Shown: positions 17,704-25,969 of the stretch, piece by piece
Layout: each line of letters opens with the position of its first letter
How positions within the stretch are numbered: the stretch's first letter is position 1
Virus record (IMG/VR): IMGVR_UViG_3300011433_000003
Location: 1 to 41,440 of that record
DNA length: 41,440 nt
Origin: a virus
Lineage: Duplodnaviria > Caudoviricetes
Direction: 5' to 3' (one strand)
Notes under the pieces: model-generated
The model's input: only the letters and a program-made list of their open reading frames with translations
Database searches by the model: none
Told to the model about the DNA's origin: nothing
Program-made: the position numbers and the translations under genes

Positions 17704-19352
17704 GGCTTACCGGCCGGAGGCTTCTGAGCGGGGGCACCGCCCGCCGCCGGAGGCTGGAGCTTGGCCTTCGCCTCCTCCAGTGCGATGGGGTCCGGCGGTC
17801 CCTGCACCGGCTCCTCCTTGACGCCCATCAGCATGGCGATCACCTGCTGTGCCTGCTCAGCGTTGAGCACGCCGGAGCCCACCGCCGCGCCCAGCTTCTG
17901 GGCGGCGTCGGCCACCTTGACCATGAGGTCCGTCCGGCGGACCAGGTCCATGTCCTCGGCGTCGTCGTCCAGCCAGGAGTCCACGGTCTCCTTCTCGTAA
18001 CCCGCCTCCACCAGGGTCTGGCTCTGGGGCACCCCGCTGGCCTGCTTCAGCTGAATGGTCTCCCAGTCGTCCTTCCCGGTGGCCACGTCGGCGGGCAGCC
18101 AGCTGACCTCCAGGGTGTCCACGACGATGGACACCACGGCCAGCGTGAACTTCCACAGCTCCATGGTCGGGGAGGTGAGCAGGGTCTGGAGGTCCTCCAC
18201 CTGGTCGTTGAGCGGGGCATTCTTGACCTTCAGGGACTCCCCGCTGGGGACCTCGCCGGACGGGTCATAGAAGTGCATGGGCACGCCGGTCTGCTGGGCC
18301 ATCAGCCGGATGTAGAACTCCGCCGGGTCCAGCAGGTTGGCCGGGTCGGCGGCGTCGAACTGCTTGAGGTCCTTGACGCCGTGCAGGTAGCTCAGCGTGC
18401 CCGGTCCGGTCCGGAGGCTGGACTGGCTGATCTGGCGGTCCCCGCTGGGCGGTGCCTGGGCGTCGTCCCCGCTGGGAAAGTCCGGGTCGTCGTTGGCCTG
18501 GTCCAGCTCCGCCCCGGCGTCGGTCAGGGCGAACCTGGCCGGGAAGCCGGTGGTGTCGATGGTGGCCAGCTCCACGTTCAGGATCTTGGTAATGGCGTCC
18601 TGGGTGCCGTAGGCGTCGATGTGCACCGGCACGCCGTAGGGCAGCGCGGTGCGGAAGTGGAAGGCCGGGATCTCCCCCTCCTGGTTGACCTGCACGGACG
18701 GCGTGGCCGACTCCGGCACGTCCGGGAAGCCGGTGAACTCCTGCCAGCCGCTCTCCTCCGCCAGGTTCTCGGCGGTCTTGGACACCCAGTGCTCCACGCG
18801 GGTGGCGTACCAGATGTCCACCCGCCAGACGATGAGGTCACCCGGCCGGAGCACCGCCCACCGCTTGATCCAGAACCACTTCCGGCGGCGGTTGGCCGGG
18901 TCGTACATCATCCGGGCGTGCTTAGGGTTGTGGACCACCAGCTCCACGGCGGCGGCGTCCAGCTCCGGGTCCGGCTGGACATCGGAGGGGGCGTCCTCCT
19001 CCACGATCGGCCACACCATCATGTACGCGTCGCCATACTCCAGCGTCATCCGGACAAGGTCCGGGAACTCCACGTCCAGGTTGTTGGCGTCGGAGATCTC
19101 CGTGATCTTCTCCGTGGTGGCGTCGTCCTCCGCCGTGACCGCGCGCAGCTTGACCTTGGCGGCCAGCACCTTCACGGGGGTCTTGGCCAGGTTGAACCGG
19201 TACTTGCCCGCCGACTCGCGGAGCAGGGTGGCGATCCGGGCGGAGGCGAAGACCTCCCGGGCGTTGCCGGTGTAGTAGCGCTCCGCCTGCTCGTAGCCGG
19301 GGAGCGCCTCCTCCATGGCTCGCCAGCCGGTGATCAGGTCCGTAACGGACAC
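17700..19352 (-). CDS. Portal protein (SPP1 gp6-like)
   Basis: YYTG...NLAKTPVK...YGDAY...PSGESLK motifs; follows TerL. Confidence 0.9.
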   Translation of the reverse strand: MSVTDLITGWRAMEEALPGYEQAERYYTGNAREVFASARIATLLRESAGKYRFNLAKTPVKVLAAKVKLRAVTAEDDATTEKITEISDANNLDVEFPDLVRMTLEYGDAYMMVWPIVEEDAPSDVQPDPELDAAAVELVVHNPKHARMMYDPANRRRKWFWIKRWAVLRPGDLIVWRVDIWYATRVEHWVSKTAENLAEESGWQEFTGFPDVPESATPSVQVNQEGEIPAFHFRTALPYGVPVHIDAYGTQDAITKILNVELATIDTTGFPARFALTDAGAELDQANDDPDFPSGDDAQAPPSGDRQISQSSLRTGPGTLSYLHGVKDLKQFDAADPANLLDPAEFYIRLMAQQTGVPMHFYDPSGEVPSGESLKVKNAPLNDQVEDLQTLLTSPTMELWKFTLAVVSIVVDTLEVSWLPADVATGKDDWETIQLKQASGVPQSQTLVEAGYEKETVDSWLDDDAEDMDLVRRTDLMVKVADAAQKLGAAVGSGVLNAEQAQQVIAMLMGVKEEPVQGPPDPIALEEAKAKLQPPAAGGAPAQKPPAGKP

Positions 19353-19361
19353 GTTGTCCTC

Positions 19362-20894
19362 CTAGACATAGCTGGTGGTTGATTCCTTGATGCGCTTCGC
19401 GCCCAGGAGAAAACGGTCCGTGCCGGACACAGCCGCATCGATCACGTCATCATAGGCACCGTTCGGGAAGGCCACCCCCTCCTCCATCAGGCGGGGGATC
19501 TCCTTGGCCAGCACCACCCGGCCGCGCTGCCAGTGTCGCAGGTTGGCACCGAAACGCACCTCCTTGGACACCGTGGCCGTGTGGTGGCGGTAGCGCACCC
19601 CCGGAATGTGGCTGAAGACCTCCGCCCACAGCTCGCCCCCCTGGTTGGTCTCCACGTACACCATGGAGATCTCCGGGAACTGCTCCAGCACCTTGTCCAC
19701 CACGAACTGGCGCAACGGGGTGCCGGTCAGGCGCACACCCCACGCCGCCGCCACGATGCACTTGCGGGCCACCGGGTCGTACCCCACCACGGCAAGGCCG
19801 GTGAAGTCACTGGTCTTGGACCGGGTGATGGCCGGGTCCACGGCCAGCAGCCAGTGGACCGCCCCGGGCAGCTCGCCGATCCGGAAGTCTTCCCGGAGCC
19901 AGTACAGGCCGTCACGGGCCATGGGGTCGTTGGCGTAGTTCTTGGCGTACTGGCGGGTGTGCCGGTTCGCCTGGAGCCAGGCCAGCGGCCACTTGGCGGG
20001 CCAGACGGACAGCTCCTCCCCGTCGTCGGCGGTGATGATCGGGAGGTGGTGGTGGGCCTGGATGTTCGCCTCCTTAATCCAGTCCCCCTCCCCGTCCTCG
20101 CCCAGGCGGTTGCCCGCCGACTTGACCAGCTGGTGCATCACGGAGCCCGGCATGGTCACCGTGCCCACCATGACCACCCGGGCGTAGATGTTCAGCGGGA
20201 AGATGGCGTCCAGGATGGTGCCCAGCCGCTTGACTGCCTGGTCCCCGGAGTAGGACGCTTCATCGGGCTCCACGTCGTCCAGGACCAGCAGGTCCGGCCG
20301 GAGCTTGCCCACCTTCATGCCCAGGCTGGCGGCATCGATGCCCCGGGCGGCGAACACGAACCCGTTGCGCATCCGGAGCATGCCCATGTTGTCGGCCACC
20401 GTGGCACCGGAGGGCTTGCGCAGCGGGGTGCACAGGTCGGGGAAGTCGTGGATCAACAGCGCGTTGTGGTCCAGTTCGTGCTTGAACGTCTTGAGGTGGT
20501 TCTCCGCCTGGCTGGCGGCGTGGGCGAAGGCGGCGGCGAACCGGACGTGGCCGAAGGCCGCGCCCCACAACGGCAGGATCAGGAACCACCAGGTGGACTT
20601 CCCCATGCCCCGGGGGGCGATGAAGGCGTGTCGCTCCTCCTCCGGCACGTCGGACAGGCCGCCCGCCCACCCGCGCGCCAGTTGCGCCCACTCGTAGTGC
20701 ACGGAGGAGAAGGTCATCTGGTTGCCGGTCTCCTCCGTGACCAGGTGGTCATAGAGGTAGATCCGGGCGAACGCCACCGGGTCGTCCTGGCAGAGGGCAC
20801 GCCGGATGGCCGCCTGTTCGTGCGGCTGGTAGAACGGGAGGTTCACCAGCTCACGATCCAGGCGGCCATGCCAGGAGTCGTCCCACCGGGTCAT
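19362..20894 (-). CDS. terL: Terminase large subunit
   Basis: APRGMGKS Walker A, LLVLDDVE Walker B, AVDPA and YDDVIDA RNase H-like nuclease motifs. Confidence 0.95.
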   Translation of the reverse strand: MTRWDDSWHGRLDRELVNLPFYQPHEQAAIRRALCQDDPVAFARIYLYDHLVTEETGNQMTFSSVHYEWAQLARGWAGGLSDVPEEERHAFIAPRGMGKSTWWFLILPLWGAAFGHVRFAAAFAHAASQAENHLKTFKHELDHNALLIHDFPDLCTPLRKPSGATVADNMGMLRMRNGFVFAARGIDAASLGMKVGKLRPDLLVLDDVEPDEASYSGDQAVKRLGTILDAIFPLNIYARVVMVGTVTMPGSVMHQLVKSAGNRLGEDGEGDWIKEANIQAHHHLPIITADDGEELSVWPAKWPLAWLQANRHTRQYAKNYANDPMARDGLYWLREDFRIGELPGAVHWLLAVDPAITRSKTSDFTGLAVVGYDPVARKCIVAAAWGVRLTGTPLRQFVVDKVLEQFPEISMVYVETNQGGELWAEVFSHIPGVRYRHHTATVSKEVRFGANLRHWQRGRVVLAKEIPRLMEEGVAFPNGAYDDVIDAAVSGTDRFLLGAKRIKESTTSYV

Positions 20895-21064
20895 TTACGA
20901 CCGGCAATCTCAATGATCAGGTCACAGGTGACACACCCCCGGTAGCGGGTGCCCCCGGGAACCAGCAGCAGGGGCACCCGGGGTGCCTTGCAGATGGCGC
21001 ACAGGACTTTGAACGGGTCCGGTAGCGCGGGCCACCGGGGCGTCCTACGCGGTGCCTCCGGCAT
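20891..21064 (-). CDS. Small CxxC...CxxC zinc-finger protein
   Basis: MPEAPRR...CAICK...CVTCD; GGAGG RBS; stop overlaps TerL start. Confidence 0.55.
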   Translation of the reverse strand: MPEAPRRTPRWPALPDPFKVLCAICKAPRVPLLLVPGGTRYRGCVTCDLIIEIAGRK

Positions 21065-21069
21065 GTCGG

Positions 21070-21294
21070 CTACCTCCGGTTCTTCTTGGACCGCTGGGAG
21101 TTGCCCGGCGGCATCCGGACACTGATGGGCTGGTTGGCCTTCGTGGTCAGGTGCCAGTACCGGCAGTTCGGGCACTGGTACGTGGTGTAGATCCTGACCC
21201 CCTGAGCGGCGTGGCCGATCATCGCTTGGGTGGCCAGCTTCCAGGTCGGATAGATCCTCTTGCCGGTCTTCTGGCAGCGCGGGGCGTCGGCCAT
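21070..21294 (-). CDS. Small zinc-binding protein
   Basis: CQKTGKRIY...YQCPNCRYWHLT pattern common in actinophage small proteins. Confidence 0.65.
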   Translation of the reverse strand: MADAPRCQKTGKRIYPTWKLATQAMIGHAAQGVRIYTTYQCPNCRYWHLTTKANQPISVRMPPGNSQRSKKNRR

Positions 21295-21566
21295 CAGGCA
21301 CCCGCTGATGGCGGCGTGCCCGGGAAGGTGAGCGAGACCGGTTCGTCCAGCTGGCGGTCCGGCGGGTACAGCATGGCGGCCTGCCGCGCCTCCCGGCGCA
21401 GGCGCTCCGCCGCCGTCAACGCCATGGTGTAGATGCCCTCCCAGGTCTGGGCGGACACCACCAGGCGACCGTTGCGCCGGAGCACCCAGCACCCGCCGCC
21501 CGGGTAGTCCGCCTCCCAGCGCAGCGACAGCCGCTGTTGCTTGACCGGTTTCGGGGTGATGTTCAT
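21294..21566 (-). CDS. Hypothetical protein (MNITPKPVK...)
   Basis: GGAGG RBS; start/stop coupling on both sides. Confidence 0.55.
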   Translation of the reverse strand: MNITPKPVKQQRLSLRWEADYPGGGCWVLRRNGRLVVSAQTWEGIYTMALTAAERLRREARQAAMLYPPDRQLDEPVSLTFPGTPPSAGA

Positions 21567-21727
21567 CGGTAGATCCTCCAGGAGGTCAGGGACAGCGGGC
21601 CGATGGACCAGACCCAGCTGTCCGATTGGAACGAGTAGCGGCCACCTACCACCCAGTTGCCCAGGAGGATGCCCACCTTCCAGTCCCTGCCGAGCATCCG
21701 CCAGCGCCAGATGGGCATGCGCTTCAC
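21563..21727 (-). CDS. Small Trp-rich hypothetical protein
   Basis: GTGA and ATGA overlaps with both neighbours. Confidence 0.45.
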   Translation of the reverse strand: MKRMPIWRWRMLGRDWKVGILLGNWVVGGRYSFQSDSWVWSIGPLSLTSWRIYR

Positions 21728-22200
21728 GACTGGTCCGCCAGCATCCGGGCGGCGGCGGCGGCGGCCAGTTCGGCGGCCTTGGTGGCGGCGGCGTCGGACA
21801 CGGTGGCATCCACCTTCAGCGGCTGGTCCAGGCCCAGCAGCTGGCGGAGGTTCTTCTGTACGTCCAGGCCCAGCTTGATGGCGCTGGCCCGGCCGCCGAT
21901 GTCCAGCACCGGCTGGCGGGTCCGGGGGTCGATCAGCGGGTTGCCCTTCTGGTCGAACGCCGGGGGCAACGGCATCACGGCCAGCTCCGCCGCCGCCCGC
22001 CGCATGTTGTCCAGGTGCTCCACCTCGCGCTGGATCAGCTGGACGCGGTCGGTCTCGGGGATCTGGGCGCGCACGGCGCTGATGATCGCGCTGATCCGCT
22101 GCTGGCTGATGTCGTACTTCTCCGCCAGCGCCTCCTGGGTCCACCCAGCCACCCAGAGAGCCCAGATCTCCCCGTTGCGTCCCTCCCTTGCACGTCCCAC
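21724..22200 (-). CDS. terS: Terminase small subunit (N-terminal HTH)
   Basis: WTQEALAEKYDISQQRISAII HTH and RQLLGLDQPLKVD C-terminus; upstream of TerL; AAGGAG RBS. Confidence 0.75.
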   Translation of the reverse strand: MGRAREGRNGEIWALWVAGWTQEALAEKYDISQQRISAIISAVRAQIPETDRVQLIQREVEHLDNMRRAAAELAVMPLPPAFDQKGNPLIDPRTRQPVLDIGGRASAIKLGLDVQKNLRQLLGLDQPLKVDATVSDAAATKAAELAAAAAARMLADQS

Positions 22201-22235
22201 TGTGAAGCACTCCTTTCACAACGCATTACAACAGG

Positions 22236-22826
22236 TCAGAGCTTTATTCCATCGACCTTGGTCGACTCCTCGCCCAGGCACCAGGCCATCGTGTCGTCCT
22301 GCCCCCAGACGTGGGAGTCGTGGTGACGGTAGTCGGTGCCGCACGGGCGCACCGGGGCGGTGATCTTGCGTCCCTCCCAGGTGCCGGTCTTGGTGCCCCA
22401 ACACAGGGCGGACCGGCCGTCACCCGTCGCCCAGCTGTGCGTGGTGTGGTACTCCAGGGTGGACGGGTTGGACGCCGGGCGAGCCCGGAAGCACGGCTGG
22501 ACATCGGCGGCCGGAACGACGGTCAGCGTCCGCTCCTCCGCCAGCCGGGTCCGTGCCGCACTCGCCAGCCCGGCCTGGGCCAGCAGGGCGTCCGTGGTGC
22601 GCTTGGTCGCGCCGTCCCCGGCCGCCGCTGAGATGAGCAGGTGCACCGCTCGCGCACCGTCCTGGGCCAGGTTCAGCGCCTTCTGCGCCTCCACCACCCG
22701 GAAACGGGCGTCGGACTCCAGGTTGAACAGGTAGGCGGCGGCGGCGTCCACCTGCTCCGGGGTCGCCCCCATCGTCTCCAGGCCGCTCGCTATGCGGTCA
22801 CGGATGCGGGTCTTCTCGTACGTCAC
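22236..22826 (-). CDS. Hypothetical protein with His/Cys-rich C-terminus
   Basis: ORF coupled to upstream stop; HxxHxW...C repeated twice. Confidence 0.6.
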   Translation of the reverse strand: MTYEKTRIRDRIASGLETMGATPEQVDAAAAYLFNLESDARFRVVEAQKALNLAQDGARAVHLLISAAAGDGATKRTTDALLAQAGLASAARTRLAEERTLTVVPAADVQPCFRARPASNPSTLEYHTTHSWATGDGRSALCWGTKTGTWEGRKITAPVRPCGTDYRHHDSHVWGQDDTMAWCLGEESTKVDGIKL

Positions 22827-23128
22827 GGCTTCTGCGCTCCCTTGATCATGTCGGCGTTGCCTTGCGCCCAGGTCTGCACCTGGGTCCAGTCGTACACCCG
22901 TCCGGTGGCCAGCTGGGCGATCGGCGGCGGGAAGTGCGTGTCCCGGTAGCCGGTCCAGTTCCAGAGCCGCTGCTTGGTCACGCCCAGGCGGGAGGCGATC
23001 TCCGCCAACCCCACGATGTCCTCCGGCCGGACGCGTTCGTCCAGGTAGGCCATCAGTCGCTCTGCCATGGCCGTGGTGCCCCCGTCGCCAAGCACAAGGA
23101 GGAGGGTCCGGCGGCGGTTGTCCTCCAT
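22823..23128 (-). CDS. AlpA/MerR-like HTH DNA-binding protein
   Basis: DIVGLAEIASRLGVTKQRLWNW...FPPPIAQLATGRVYDW; GGAGGAGG RBS. Confidence 0.8.
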   Translation of the reverse strand: MEDNRRRTLLLVLGDGGTTAMAERLMAYLDERVRPEDIVGLAEIASRLGVTKQRLWNWTGYRDTHFPPPIAQLATGRVYDWTQVQTWAQGNADMIKGAQKP

Positions 23129-23174
23129 CGGACCCTCCTCCCCTGCCTGCACGATCGAACCTGACGTGTACAGC

Positions 23175-23597
23175 TTACACCACAACCTGGGCGGGCGGGC
23201 ACTCCAGGTACTCCGCTATGGACCGGAAGACGGTGGGGTCGTCCCCGGCGTCACCCAGCATCTGGTTGTGCGTCGAGCAGAGCAGCCCCCGCACCGCCCC
23301 CGTGCGGTGGTCGTGGTCCACCGCCAGCTTGCGCCGCCCGGTGCCGGTGGCGCGGCAGTAGAGCACCGCGCACTTGCCCCCCTGAACGGCGTACAGCCGC
23401 GCGTACTCGCCCGGCCCTAACCCGTACACCCGTTGCACCCTGGCATCGTGCGTACGTGCCTTCTGGGCCTTGCGGAAGGCCCGGTGGTGAGTGACGCACC
23501 GGGGACCGGGGTGCGGGCAGGCCCTGAACTTGGCGGGGACCGCCGGTCTCCCGGCGGCCTCCCGTTCGTCCCGACAAACCTTGCACTCCTTGGTCAC
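23175..23597 (-). CDS. Recombination endonuclease VII family protein
   Basis: QGGKCAV...LAVDHDHRTGAVRGLLCSTHNQMLG signature. Confidence 0.9.
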   Translation of the reverse strand: MTKECKVCRDEREAAGRPAVPAKFRACPHPGPRCVTHHRAFRKAQKARTHDARVQRVYGLGPGEYARLYAVQGGKCAVLYCRATGTGRRKLAVDHDHRTGAVRGLLCSTHNQMLGDAGDDPTVFRSIAEYLECPPAQVVV

Positions 23598-23833
23598 GGG
23601 GATCGCCACTGCGCCACCATCCTGTGCCAGGTCCGGCTCCAGCGCTCCCGCCGGGCCAGCTGCCACTCCCCGCACCACCGGTAGTGCTCACCGGCCGCCC
23701 GGCCGCACCCCCGGAAGGCGCACGGCTCCAGGTCATGCCAGTTGGTGCTGTTCCACTGGCGGGGGCGGAACCAGTGCCCGCCCCACGCCTTGCCCGGGAC
23801 CATGTCCAGGACGCCGCTCATCCTTTGCGCCAT
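23594..23833 (-). CDS. Small hypothetical protein
   Basis: Fills the gap between pol and endo VII; GGAG RBS; stop overlaps endo VII start. Confidence 0.45.
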   Translation of the reverse strand: MAQRMSGVLDMVPGKAWGGHWFRPRQWNSTNWHDLEPCAFRGCGRAAGEHYRWCGEWQLARRERWSRTWHRMVAQWRSP

Positions 23834-25695
23834 CTGCTCACTCCGTCCTCATCGGTCAGGACCTCCGCCGTGGCCGTGATCGGCACGCCCATGAAGTCCA
23901 TGGTCATACAGTCCTGGATGGCGGCCACCGCCCGCTCCACCTGGTCTACCGGCACCTCCAGCACGATCTCATCGTGGATCGCCATCCAGACCCAGCTGCC
24001 CAGGCCGTACTCCCGGTCAAAGCGCCACCAGGCGCGCACCAGCAGGTCACGCGCGCTGGACTGGATCATGTAGTTCAGGTTGGCGTAGACCTTGGGGGAT
24101 CCGTCCCGGCTGTCGATGGCCACCGGGATCCGGCGGTGGCTGAAGGTGCGCAGCTCATGCCGCTCGTACTTCAGCGCGTCGTTGTACCCCTTGATCCGGG
24201 AGTAGGTGGACCAGAACCTGGTCAGCACCTCCTGGGCCTGCTCCAGCGGGATGCCCGCCGCCGCCGCCAGCTTGCCCGCCCCGCCGCCGTACACCACCAG
24301 GAAGTTGGTCATCTTGCCCACCTTCCTGGGCTGGCCGATCCCGTCGGCGGTGAGTTGGTGCAGGTCATCGCCCCGCTTGATGGCGGTGATCATCACCGGC
24401 TCCTCCGCCAGCCCGGCCACCACGCGCAGCTCCACCTGGTCGAAGTCACAGCTGATCAGCACGTGGCCCGGCCGGGCCACGAACACGCCCCGGGTCTGGG
24501 CGCTGAAGTTCTGCATGTTCGGCCCGCTGCTGGACATGCGGGCGGTGACCGCCTCCAGGGTGTTCAGCGCCGGGTGGATCAGGCCGCCGGAGTCCAGGGC
24601 CAGGAAGACCCCCTCCAGCTTGGTCAGCATGTCGGCGTGCTGCTGAACCTCCGCCATGGCGGTGACCGCCGCCCGCCCCTGCTGGGTCAGGCCGGGCTGC
24701 TTGGTCAGCAGGTCCGGGAGCGCGTCCCCGGCCAGCGACGGGTTGCCGGTCTTGGTCATGGTGCCCCGGGACCAGTCCACCCCCTGCCCGCCCAGCCACT
24801 CGACCAGCTTGACGTTCTGGGAGGAGCCCAGGCCGGTCAGCTCGCGCACCGCCGTGTCGGCGGCGGTGGTGTGCTTCTTGGCGTTGGCGTGCAGCTCGCC
24901 CAGGAGGACCTGGTCCACCAGCATGCCGCGCATCTGGAGCCGCGCCGCCGCACCGGCCAGCCACATCTCCGCTTCGATCAGCGGGCGGGGTGCGCCCGTG
25001 GCCGGGATGAGCAGCTCCACCAGGCGGCGTGCCACGATGGCGTCCAGCCCGGCGTACTGGGTGTATAGCGGGTCGTCGGTCGCGATGTTGCCCCACGCCC
25101 ACGCCTTGCCCTCTGGTCCCCATGCTGCGGTGGGCAGGCCGGTGGTGGGCTGTCCGGCGGTCTTGGCGTCGGTCCGCATCCGGCGGGCGTGCGCCGCCCA
25201 CAGCACCTTCATGTGCTCCTCCAGCGCCTTGTCCGCCGCCGGGAGCTGGGGCATCCCGTAGCGACCGGCCAGAGACTTCAGGTCGGCTCCGCCCAGCTCC
25301 ACGTCCGGGGCGGCCATCTTGCCCAGGACCAGCGTGTCCACGTTGCGCTCACTGATGTCCAGGCCGAACGTGCGCCAGACGGAGAGCACGTCCATGGAGG
25401 AGTGGGAGGCGAACCGAACCGTGGGATCCGCCAGCAGCCCGGCGGCGGCGGCGCGCTGGGTGGGGTCGTCCAGGTCGAGCACCCAGGCGTAGCCGGTGGT
25501 GGCGAACTGGACCGTGCGCACCCGGAAGCCGGGGTGGAAGTGGCGGAGCCGCTTGTCCATGTAGGTCCCCTCCACGTCCAGCCCGTACAGCTGGCCGCTG
25601 GGGAAGTCAGCGTGGAAGACGGTGGGGTCGAACTCCCCCGGCCGGGGCGCGTTCACCACGCACTCCAGGCCCAGGGGGTTGGCGTATACCTGCAT
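23818..25695 (-). CDS. polA: DNA polymerase family A with 3'-5' exonuclease domain
   Basis: GLDVEG ExoI; CDFDQVELR motif A; RKVGKMTNFLVVYG motif B; IHDE motif C; start chosen from GACGAAGGGA RBS. Confidence 0.95.
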   Translation of the reverse strand: MQVYANPLGLECVVNAPRPGEFDPTVFHADFPSGQLYGLDVEGTYMDKRLRHFHPGFRVRTVQFATTGYAWVLDLDDPTQRAAAAGLLADPTVRFASHSSMDVLSVWRTFGLDISERNVDTLVLGKMAAPDVELGGADLKSLAGRYGMPQLPAADKALEEHMKVLWAAHARRMRTDAKTAGQPTTGLPTAAWGPEGKAWAWGNIATDDPLYTQYAGLDAIVARRLVELLIPATGAPRPLIEAEMWLAGAAARLQMRGMLVDQVLLGELHANAKKHTTAADTAVRELTGLGSSQNVKLVEWLGGQGVDWSRGTMTKTGNPSLAGDALPDLLTKQPGLTQQGRAAVTAMAEVQQHADMLTKLEGVFLALDSGGLIHPALNTLEAVTARMSSSGPNMQNFSAQTRGVFVARPGHVLISCDFDQVELRVVAGLAEEPVMITAIKRGDDLHQLTADGIGQPRKVGKMTNFLVVYGGGAGKLAAAAGIPLEQAQEVLTRFWSTYSRIKGYNDALKYERHELRTFSHRRIPVAIDSRDGSPKVYANLNYMIQSSARDLLVRAWWRFDREYGLGSWVWMAIHDEIVLEVPVDQVERAVAAIQDCMTMDFMGVPITATAEVLTDEDGVSRWRKG

Positions 25696-25724
25696 GTCTG
25701 TCCCTTCGTCGGTAGAGCTGTGCA

Positions 25725-25916
25725 TCAGTGAGTGTGATCGCTGAACGGGCGGAGACACCGGACGGGACGTCCCTGCTTGGACATGTGTTCGGTCAGCAGG
25801 GACGACACCAGGGCAGACACGCTGGTCTTGTTCTCCTTCGCCCAGGTCCGGGCCTCCTCCCAGGTACAGATGTCCTGTTCGGAAACGTAAAGGGTCTTCG
25901 TCGTGGGGTGCGTCAT
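25725..25916 (-). CDS. Ribbon-helix-helix (Arc/CopG-like) DNA-binding protein
   Basis: TKTLYV strand then WEEARTWAKENKTSVSALVSSLL helices; probably leaderless (TATACT just upstream). Confidence 0.65.
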   Translation of the reverse strand: MTHPTTKTLYVSEQDICTWEEARTWAKENKTSVSALVSSLLTEHMSKQGRPVRCLRPFSDHTH

Positions 25917-25966
25917 GACCTCAGTATACACATACGTAGGTTGTGGCGCACCCCACGACGAAGACC
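25893..25966. repeat. Perfect 20-bp inverted repeat enclosing the RHH gene start
   Basis: ggtcttcgtcgtggggtgcg (25893-25912) and cgcaccccacgacgaagacc (25947-25966). Confidence 0.9.
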
Positions 25967-25969
25967 AGG

